A DNA stretch of 64,000 nucleotides from Octopus sinensis (Eukaryota), in NCBI RefSeq assembly GCF_006345805.1, contig NC_042997.1:10168001-10232000 (forward strand), written 5' to 3'. Position 1 is the stretch's first letter; the number at the start of each line of letters is the position of its first letter. The position numbers and the translations under genes are program-made. Shown piece after piece: positions 53,394 through 64,000 of this stretch. A model generated the notes under the pieces. That model did not search any database and was not told where the DNA came from. It saw nothing but the letters and a program-made list of their open reading frames with translations.

Positions 53394-54566
53394 TCTTTAT
53401 ATATATAAAACTGAGAATGTGTGTCTGTCTGTCTGTCTGTGTGTTTCCCTAAAACTTGAGAACTATACAACCAATTTCATTCAAATTTTACACATGCCTT
53501 ACTTAGGGTCCGGGGAGTGTCATCGGCAAAAAAACGTTTGAACTTTTTGCCTAGGGCGAGCCCACAGCAATATCATATCTTCTCCACTACGATTCCCTAA
53601 AACTTGAGAACTACACAACCAATTCCATTCAAATTTTACACATGCCTTACTTAAGGTCCATGTAGTTTCATGGGCAAAAGAAATGTTCAACTTCCTGCCT
53701 AGAGCGAGCCCATAGCAATATCATATCTTCTCTTCTATTTCAGTATTACGTGTTAAAAGTGAAACAAAAACGTTTTTCTATTTTATATCAGATGCTTTCA
53801 CTTTAACAATAAAAATAATAATAACAATTGAATTATATGTAGTAAGTAATAATTAAAATCAAACTAAAGTAACAGGACAAAAGTAAAAATAGCAATTGGT
53901 ATAAAATTGCATCAATAATTTGAACTTGAATAAGTGGTTTCACATGAATGGGAATAAATTAAAAATAAAATTAGCGTGCAGAAATGGAATAGTTCAGATG
54001 GATAATAAAAAATTAAAATTAAAGAAAAGACTATTGTCTATAAAGTATACAATGTCGAGAAAAAAGAAGATTTGAACACATGGAGGAAAGCACCTTCGAA
54101 AAATGTCTTGGTGCGACTATGAAAGGTATCTAATCAGAGGCGGTAAATTCGCCACAATAGAAGCAAGGTTCGAGTCAACGGAGCGTGCAAGGGAGTACTC
54201 GACTCGAACTTGCAAAGTGGAAATATTTTATTTTTACCTTTATATCTGAGGCGTAGGACGTCCCGGATAAAAATTTAAAATGACCCCCCCCAGAAGTAGA
54301 GGTAAGCTGGATTGTAGCCACACTTCTATACAAGAGGGAGGACAAGATACAATTGATCGAAATTACAAGAGACGGGCTAACAATTCCAGTCTGTTATATA
54401 TTTTGAGTATTGTTACCACTAGCGATATCAAGATATAACTTTGTATTTTGTATTTTATGTGTAGATGTATATATATAAATGTATATGTAATATGTACACA
54501 TATATATATACACATATATACATGCACTAGCACTATGACCCGGCAACGACGGGTCTTTAATGCTAG
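53394..54566 (+). mobile_element. Non-autonomous Helitron
   Basis: A|TC 5' end followed by TATATAAAA and (GTCT)n; 3' hairpin GACCCG...CGGGTC (54537-54555) then CTAG|T; internal ~148-bp duplication 53445-53740. Confidence 0.75.
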
Positions 54567-54599
<33 letters not shown>

Positions 54600-54767
54600 T
54601 TACAGACAAAACCACTATTTTGCAAAACAAACAAGGAAAGACTTAATCAATACATAAAATTTTAATAAAAAGTAAAAATTAATATTATATAATATTTTAC
54701 TATAAAATTGGATTTAATCCTAAATCTGATTTTTTTCCCTGTAAATTTGGATTTATTCCCTAATATT

Positions 54768-54827
<60 letters not shown>

Positions 54828-56384
54828 ATGTGATTCGGTATAAAATTCAAGTGATTGCGTATACATGTGACACTTGAATATGGCTTGTATAAAGAACCAG
54901 TTCAGCTATTTTCTAAGCTTCTGAACAAAAGCATTTGAAGTTAGCTGGCATCTACTATCCGTAATAAATTTATGTATACTTATAGCAATGAATATGTGTT
55001 TGCTAGGTGCCTCTGTTCATGTTGTGTGCATGCTAGCCATTATATATGAGTTTATAGTCCTGCAGTATTTTCTCGACCTCGAAAAGAAACGAAAACAAAA
55101 GTCGACTCAGATTTGAACTCGGAATCTAAATCCGACCATTTTGTCCGAATCTCTACAAAGTGTGCGTGTGTGAACGCGTGGATGTACATACGCATATTTG
55201 TCTTTGTTTGTATGGTTTGTGTGAGCTATGCATTGTGCGAGTGGGTGCGTTATTGTGAGCGATAATTTCCATCAACATAAGATAGATATATAGATAAATA
55301 TAATTACAAAGCAACATATTGATAGCGAGCGGTGATGGATATTTTGATGGTTATGCTTTTCTAAGGGGTATAACTGACATACGTGAAGTAGCTAATGAAA
55401 TAACCGTAAATTGTTGACAGCTGGAAATCGAATTGGGTTTGCACAGATGGATTGTCATGAGTTGACCCTATTCAACGCAGTAAAAGGTTTTCCGCATGTC
55501 TTGATTCAGAAAACTCCCTAGGTAGTTAGCACGACTCTTCGATATTTCCTCTGTGCTGTGACAGCTTATTTACATCAGTGATAAGACTTGCTATCTTAGT
55601 CTATTGATGAAACGTGATAAACATGTTTCCTCACTACAGAACTAATTAGTTTCGGTATAGTCATGATTTATTGGAAATTTATAAAATTGATTTATTCTTT
55701 CATCTAGAGTGAAATATAATTCATCTCCAGCTTGAGTGGCTTCATAATTTCAACAATAGATCTCAGACTTTTCATATAATGAAGTTATATCTCAGTAACA
55801 GTATCGCAGAAGAAATATATGTCTTCGCAATTCTCAGAATATTCAATGAAATTTTAAGTTACATCACTCCATTATCCCTCCCCACACTCTGAATAAATGG
55901 AAAACAGAATAGTTTAGTGTGCCTGTTCAACAGAAAGAAATCACAGCAAACTCGACATAACATCTTATCTAAAGGCTATAAAAGTTAAATGTTTGCAATG
56001 AAATGACGTCATCACTCATTCTTTACAGCGCTCTCTTGAAAGTATATTTCAAGCTATACTAATTTTAAGGTTGGTTTGATATGAATAAGAGGCTTTATTG
56101 AGGAAAAAATTATTTATTGACCTTTAAAACTGAAAATTTACAAAACCCAAACTGTAGAACTAACTTATAATAATATTTGGCTAATTAAAAATTATAGCAT
56201 TCAATGAGATACATTAATATCACAAACAACACACGCAACAGAAAACGCTTATAGAAACAGACACATCCACACAAGCAAACGGACAGAGAACAAGATAGAC
56301 AGCCAACCAGCCAACCAGTCACCCATCCATCCATCCATCCATCCATCCAGCCAGCCAGACAGACAGACAGACAGATAGAGTGAC

Positions 56385-56495
<111 letters not shown>

Positions 56496-56500
56496 CAGAT

Positions 56501-57691
56501 TGTTATAAAGGGAGACAGAGAGTTAGCCGCCGTATTGGTCGGCATATAAGACGCATTTTTATTTATAACTATATCGAAGAATTGACCTGCGTCCAATGCG
56601 ACCATATTAATGATGGTAATCTCTGTATAGCAGGCAAGGAAACCGAATGAGAATGAGTCCGCTAAGTACAATAATTGTATTGTCATCAATAATGGTTACA
56701 AATTCTGGCAAAAGACCAGCAAGTTCGGGGAAGGGGATAAGGCGATTACATCGAGCCGAGTGCTCAACTGGTACTTATTTTATCAACCCGGAAACGACCA
56801 AGGCAAAATCGACCTTTGTGAAATTTGAACTCAGAACACAAAAACGGAGGAAATACGGTTGAGCATTTTGCCTAGTGTACTGACGATTGCCAGCTCACCG
56901 CTTTTGTATCGATATTAATAATAAGATATTGAAAACAAGCCAAAATATCACAGTCTAGTAGTAGCTCAAACTTAACAAAAATTGCTTTGGCTATACCGGC
57001 GACTGTGTCAAGATGTTACACCACTTTATTGTACCGCTTTCTTCAGTATATATATTTTACATTTGATATATGTCTACATTATTCAATGCTTCTGTCATCT
57101 TTAAGAAGCATTATTTTTTCCATTTTCTACATGAAAAATTCTTCTAGACAGATCAAATGGATTTTCATCTGCCTATCTATTATTTCCAACGTGTGGATGG
57201 CAACAAGATCAAAGCTGTGGTGCACCACTCTAGTAGCCAATCGAGGTAATGCAAATCATCACAGCCAGAAATACGATTTTTACAAAACTATTTTGACCAA
57301 AATATAAGCTTCTATACAGTTTATTTCAAAGAAATCAAAGCTGAATCATGGTAATCCCATAATGTAGTTTATTAATGCTAAATTTATAGCATTATATTGT
57401 GTTCCAGTATACTATCATGATATTGTGTTTACACTTACAAAAGCATACTCCTTCCCTTACGAAAGTACACTAGATGTATGATCAAACATACTAAATTTGT
57501 TTATTTCCACGGAAAATAAACAGACGGACAGTCACATAGGTAAATAGATAAATAGATCGATAGATAGATAGATAGACAGATAGACAGACAGAGAGAGAGA
57601 GACAGATAGATATGCATACAGACAGGCAGTCAGACAAGCAGACAGGCAGACATGCAGACACACAGACAGAAAGACAGACAGACAGACAGAC

Positions 57692-57758
<67 letters not shown>

Positions 57759-57767
57759 CAGATAGAC

Positions 57768-57799
<32 letters not shown>

Positions 57800-57824
57800 G
57801 ATAGATAGATAGATAGATAGATAG

Positions 57825-57865
<41 letters not shown>

Positions 57866-59059
57866 GATGTTATAAAGGGAGACAGAGAGTTAGCCGCCGT
57901 ATTGGTCGGCATATAAGACGCATTTTTATTTATAACTATATCGAAGAATTGACCTGCGTCCAATGCGACCATATTAATGATGGTAATCTCTGTATAGCAG
58001 GCAAGGAAACCGAATGAGAATGAGTCCGCTAAGTACAATAATTGTATTGTCATCAATAATGGTTACAAATTCTGGCAAAAGACCAGCAAGTTCGGGGAAG
58101 GGGATAAGGCGATTACATCGAGCCGAGTGCTCAACTGGTACTTATTTTATCAACCCGGAAACGACCAAAGGCAAAATCGACCTTTGTGAAATTTGAACTC
58201 AGAACACAAAAACCGAGGAAATACGGTTGAGCATTTTGCCTAGTGTACTGACGATTGCCAGCTCACCGCTTTTGTATCGATATTAATAATAAGATATTGA
58301 AAACAAGCCAAAATATCACAGTCTAGTAGTAGCTCAAACTTAACAAAAATTGCTTTGGCTATACCGGCGACTGTGTCAAGATGTTACACCACTTTATTGT
58401 ACCGCTTTCTTCAGTATATATATTTTACATTTGATATATGTCTACATTATTCAATGCTTCTGTCATCTTTAAGAAGCATTTATTTTTTCCATTTTCTACA
58501 TGAAAAATTCTTCTAGACAGATCAAATGGATTTTCATCTGCCTATCTATTATTTCCAACGTGTGGATGGCAACAAAATCAAAGCTGTGGTGCACCACTCT
58601 AGTAACCAATCGAGGTAATGCAAATCATCACAGCCAGAAATACGATTTTTACAAAACTATTTTGACCAAAATATAAGCTTCTATACAGTTTATTTCAAAG
58701 AAATCAAAGCTGAATCATGGTAATCCCATAATGTAGTTTATTAATGCTAAATTTATAGCATTATATTGTGTTCCAGTATACTATCATGATATTGTGTTTA
58801 CACTTACAAAAGCATACTCCTTCCCTTACGAAAGTACACTAGATGTATGATCAAACATACTAAATTTGTTTATTTCCACGGAAAATAACAGACGGACAGT
58901 CACATAGGTAAATAGATAAATAGATCGATAGATAGATAGATAGACAGATAGACAGACAGAGAGAGAGAGACAGATAGATATGCATACAGACAGGCAGTCA
59001 GACAAGCAGACAGGCAGACATGCAGACACACAGACAGAAAGACAGACAGACAGACAGAC

Positions 59060-59118
<59 letters not shown>

Positions 59119-59187
59119 CAGATAGACAGATAGATAGATAGATAGACAGATAGACAGATATATAGATAGATAGATAGATAGACAGAC

Positions 59188-59224
<37 letters not shown>

Positions 59225-59230
59225 TATAGA
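56501..59230. repeat. ~1.37-kb tandem duplication bounded by (GATA)n; each unit contains an old SINE A
   Basis: 56501.. repeats at 57868..; only about 6 differences outside the microsatellites. Confidence 0.93.
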
Positions 59231-59271
59231 TAGATAGACAGACAGACAGACAGGCAGACAGACAGACAGAC

Positions 59272-59328
<57 letters not shown>

Positions 59329-59471
59329 CTTTAATATGACGGATCCAAGGAATGGCAATGCATTTAACCGCTTCAGGTCTGTTTCGATTCCACTGCTCAT
59401 TCAGTTCCACAATGAATTCCCACTATCAGACATACGAACACGTAGTAGGAGAGTGGGTTATGTATCACTAT

Positions 59472-59700
59472 ATTCTTTTATTCTTTTACTTGTTTAGCCG
59501 TTTTACTGCAGCCATGCTGGAGCACCACCTTTAGTCGAACAAATCGACACCAGGGCTTATTCTTTGTAAACCTAGTACTTATTGTATCGGTCTCTTTTGT
59601 GTAGGTCCCCGTAAGTTAGCGGAGACCTAAACATACCAGCATCGGTTGTCAAGCGATGATGGGGAACAAACACAGACACACGAATACTCACATACATATA
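59472..59700 (-). mobile_element. SINE family B, 3' half
   Basis: Homology to 20424-20650. Confidence 0.8.
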
Positions 59701-61075
59701 AGATCAAGGATAGCTGGCTTCCTGGAGAGCTACAAACTCCCAAATTCAAACCAGCATGGCTTTCGCTGCGACAGGCACTGTCTAACATAGCTCCTACACC
59801 ACATACATAATATATTTAAAGCCTTGGGAACAGGTTCAAAATCTGATGTCATATTTCTTGACTTCAGTAAAGCGTTCAGCAGAATTGACCATAATATATT
59901 ACTCTCAAAATTGGCAAAATTTGGAATCCGTGGAAAACTTCTACACTGGATTGAGTATTTCCTGGCGAACAGAACACATCTTGTGGTCGATGGAGTTTAC
60001 TCAAGCCCAACAAAAGTCACTAGTAATGTCCCTCAGGGGTCTGTCTTGGGCCCCCTCCTCTTTATAATCTAAATAAACGACCTTTTCAGCGTTCTAAAAC
60101 ACAGTAAAGTGGAAATATTTGTGGATGGCACTAAGCTCCAGAAAATCATCAATGAACAATAAGACCGCACTCAACTCCAGTCTGATCTACATGCGGTGAG
60201 TCAATGGACAGACAAAACAAAATGCAACTAAACAAGGAAAAATTCGAACTGATGCATTTTGGAAAAATAACCATACTATCTTCCTTTAGGGGAACCTCTC
60301 ACAGCATCTAATACTATCAGACATCTAAGAGTAATTGTTGATAATCTCAGTTGGAATGCCCACATCAACGATAAGGTCGATATATCTCGCAGAATGAGCT
60401 CCTGGATCTTACGAACCTTCCCGTCCAGAGAACAAGGTGTCATCATTCCACTTTTCTCCTCCTTTGTACGGCCACACCGTGAATACTGCTGCCCCCTGTG
60501 GTCACGGCATACGGAACAAAACATCTCGAAAATTGAATCACCCCAGAGGACATTCACTAAACGAATTAAGGGCATGACTGATGTCGGTTACCGGAACCGC
60601 CTTAAAGCATTAAAACTCTATTCTCCCCAGCACCGCTGTGAGCGATACATCATTTGCATGATGTAGAGAATACACCATCAGCATTGCCCAAACGACCTCA
60701 ACATTAGCTTCAAATTTCATCCAAGGCTAGGACCACGGGCTATATGTCCCCTACCCAATTTAGGATCGCAACACTACAATACAATTTCTTTTCCTCAACA
60801 GGGCCTGCCCTATTTAACATTGTCCCCAAAAAGATCAAAGGGGTAAAGGATCCCATCACCTTTATACGGAAAAGGGACGAATTTCTTCAAGGAATACCAG
60901 ACAAGCCACCTATACCTGGATACAACTTATTCAACAAGAACTCCCTACATCAAATGGAACATGATAGCACAAAACGTGGCTTAAAATGGTTTTAGATAAT
61001 CCTATCAGTTGGTGCTATTAAGTTAGACTTGGCCTGGAACAATCTTTGGTCGAAACATCTATGACTTATCTAAGC
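59700..61075 (+). mobile_element. 5'-truncated CR1-group LINE RT pseudogene
   Basis: DVIFLDFSKAF, VPQGSVLGPLLFI, FVDGTKL (FADDTK-like), FVRPHREYCCPLW, QRTFTKRIKGM; stops and frameshifts. Confidence 0.88.
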
Positions 61076-61391
61076 TTTATAGCTGAATTAGAGGTTAAAA
61101 TAACTGTCTAAGGTATAAAAGTATCCGTTATACTACCGGTATATTACCTATGTTTAAAATGGGCATACATATGCAAGCATATTATGCTCATAAATTATAG
61201 GTAGATACATGGATAAATATGGGTTTATCAGGAATCAAAATTTAAAGAAAATAGAAAATGGAGAAATATTGATGAACAACAATTGACTTACATCAATTAT
61301 TATTTATTAATACAAATAGATTGCGTCTAATCTAACAGTTTTTTTTTTGCTTCTAGTGTATTGCCATTGATATGGCAAGGCCGTACATCAT

Positions 61392-61790
61392 TAAGGCGGT
61401 GAGCAGGCAGAAACGTGAGCTGGCAGAAATGCTTAGCGGTATTTCGTCTGCCTTTACGTTCTGAGTTCAAATTCTGCCGAGGTCGACTTTGTCTTTCATC
61501 CTTTCGGGGTCGATTAAATAAGTACCAGTTACGTACTGGGATCGATATAATCGACTTAATCCGTTTGTCTGTCTTGTTTGTCCTCTCTATGTTTAGCCCC
61601 TTGTGGGTAGTAAAGAAATAGGTATTTCGTCTGCCTTTACGTTCTTAGTTCAAATTCCTCCGACGTCGGCTTTACCTTTCATGCTTTTGGGGTCAATAAA
61701 TTAAGTATTAGTTGTGTACTGGAATCGATTTAATCGATTGATCCCACTCCCCCCAAATTTTGGGTCTTGTGCCTAGAGTAGAAAAGAATA
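61392..61790 (+). mobile_element. Composite SINE family A (Tx1-tailed unit plus headless second body with the other tail type)
   Basis: Junction AAAGAAATA|GGTATTTCGTC at 61620. Confidence 0.85.
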
Positions 61791-62080
61791 CCATACAACA
61801 CTGGAAGCAGATACAGCTGTTAGATGGTCGGCCCAAGGCTATAGTAGAAGACACTTGCCCAAAGTGTCATGCAGTGGGACTGAACGCGGAACCATGTCAT
61901 TGGGAAGGAAGCTTCCTAGCATACAGCCACTCATGCGCCTGTATAGAATAAGTATATTTAGTAGATTTTAAAGATGTGGCACCAACTGCAACGCTTTCTA
62001 AGGACTGCCTTCGCTCACGATGTCTTAAAAGCTCCCGGTGAGTGATAGCACTAAATTTGAGATGTAATGGTTAGTTATTG

Positions 62081-62415
62081 AGACCTCCTTCGGTCATGAC
62101 TGACCATGGGATTGCACCTAGAAAGTTACCCTCCCAGGTACAAGTCCGTGCAAGGTTGTTTATGGAAGACCAACAGTCTACCATGCACACCGGCTTCCCC
62201 TTTCCACGCCACCGATGTTATCTAAGGGAAAGGCAAAGGCCGATACAGCTTGGCACCTGTGACGTCGCAACTCATTTCTACAGCTGAGTGAACTGAAGCA
62301 ACGTGAAATAAAGTGTCTTGCTCAAGAACACAACACACAGCCCGGTCCGGGATTCGAACTTATAAACTCACGATCGTAAGCTCGACGCTCTATCCATTGA
62401 GCCATGCGCCTTCAC
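62081..62415 (-). mobile_element. SINE family C
   Basis: Reverse complement of 7641-7971. Confidence 0.85.
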
Positions 62416-63778
62416 AATGGTTAGTAGGTTAGTATTTAATGGTAACATTTGAGAACGAGGTAATTTCTCGAGTTCAGTAAATGAGAAAAGGTACAATTGA
62501 CAAAGCATTTAGAGTAAGCCAAGTAATTAGGTTCTACTAAGTGTCACTCAAGTAAGGAAATGCGAGAGATATCAAGAAAGAATACTAGAATCATAAAGTT
62601 ATACATCAATCACATGTATATTTTGTCATCAAATTACTAAATGGAATCAAGTTATAAAGACAACAGTTTTTCGGATAATTTAAATATTCCTATGGAATTT
62701 ATGCATGCCTAGCAGAAGTTGTGTGCTTTTCTGAGGATGCTAAATACTCGAAAGTCATTCATACGGCGATGTTTTAAGTAATGAAGTAATGTTTCATCAG
62801 ATATTCCCCCAAGTTTGCTAGTTTTGTCTTCGATTTACCACTATTTTATTTAAAATTATCCGGTATTGCGTATAATGTGGTTTATTGAATCTGATTCTCT
62901 CATTTACGCTCATTTACTCTTTTGAAATTTGATGGCTGTTTCATTACTTATTTCCTAAGCTTTATATTAGACAATCGCAAAATAATTCATCTCAGTAAGG
63001 ACTTTTCGCTAGATACGTAAGTCACAGCGATGCACGCATGTCAAATCGAGCAGTGCATATCGATTTAATGACTTTCTGTTGGCTGTGGATGGAAGGACGA
63101 ATTGTAAGTCGAATGCAACGTCATTTCACTATAAGGGTTTTGTTTGTTCACTGAGCTTAATATATAACGCAGTTACATTGGTTGCTTATATTCAATTAAG
63201 ATGATATTTAAGTAGTTTTATATTCGCTAAATATATGATAAAATGAAGCGTTGAAAAGAATAGTGTGTAATAGCCACAGGATTAGGGTGAAATTTATACA
63301 TTTGGTTAATGAGTTGGGCTTTGAGTAAGACTCGATAAGCATTTTGTGTTCTTGCAGAAGTAGAACAATAATAAGTCGCAATGCTGGTTTATTCTTCAAG
63401 TATGTCTACTTCATATCTAGTTCATTTCCTAGAAATTGCCAATCTGTTGTGTTGGATGAGAAGTTATGTGTCTTTTATAATCACTGCATACTATACTTGG
63501 AATACTAAATATTTGATCATTTGTTACAAGACAATACACTCCAACACCCATCCTCCTAATGGTTACATTGATTCCAACCTTGAAACATGCAGCTAAATAG
63601 AATTTATTCTGTAAACAGAAAATTAAGCTCTATGTTGAGAAAAGTTCATTTCTTCTTAAGGTTAGAGGCCGAGTACTGCTTCACCAGAACAAAGAGAACA
63701 AGCTATTTACAAAATGAATGAAAACAAGCTGTGTCTTAGGAATGAGTAAGAAATATTTCAATACGACGTTATTGTAAC

Positions 63779-63788
63779 TATAATAATA

Positions 63789-63848
<60 letters not shown>

Positions 63849-64000
63849 AATTATTGTATACAGTGCTCAGGGGCACCACAACTTGTCAAAAGTGCGTATA
63901 AAGCATATGCTGGGAAGTGAACAGTGTATGAGTTAGATACATGCTTGCGCGTGTATGGAGGGGAGAAAATCAGGTGTAGTGTTGGCGAATCTCTGGAAAC
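63779..64000 (-). mobile_element. Probable LINE 3' end with (ATT)n tail
   Basis: Minus strand ends TGAGCACTGTATACAATAATTTC(ATT)n; element runs off the window. Confidence 0.4.

Noticed and set aside
55411-55521. Possible exon AGNRIGFAQMDC... resembling an aspartic-protease C-terminus
   Set aside because: Short match, weak acceptor, upstream stops and no partner exons; would need RNA-seq
56550-56650. Possible minus-strand exon after a pyrimidine-rich acceptor (duplicated at ~57920-58015)
   Set aside because: Weak donor and no recognisable protein; unsupported without transcripts

Overview
Repeat-dense eukaryotic non-coding DNA, very likely intronic or intergenic octopus (cephalopod) sequence. 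This assignment rests on the tRNA-derived SINE types and the extreme (TA)n/(CA)n/(TACA)n/(GATA)n microsatellite load. I cannot support any intact host gene; almost all listed ORFs are translated microsatellites. Recognisable content: two Penelope-like element (PLE) remnants with GIY-YIG endonuclease, a Tx1-like LINE embedded in (GATA)n, a CR1-group LINE, Dong/R4-like fragments in (TAA)n, an RTE-like remnant, several mariner/Tc1 derivatives, a non-autonomous Helitron, about 30 SINE copies, a 1.37-kb tandem duplication and a 100-N gap. The most striking signal is a set of at least 6-8 short, non-coding elements embedded in microsatellites. They carry hammerhead-ribozyme (HHR) folds and occur as direct repeats or inverted (ambisense) pairs. 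One family shares its 3' tail with the GIY-YIG PLE in this window. Variants include a U3-A8 core and, in two unrelated families, an apparently permuted (pseudoknotted) hammerhead strand order. All RNA folds were derived by eye and need computational and experimental confirmation.
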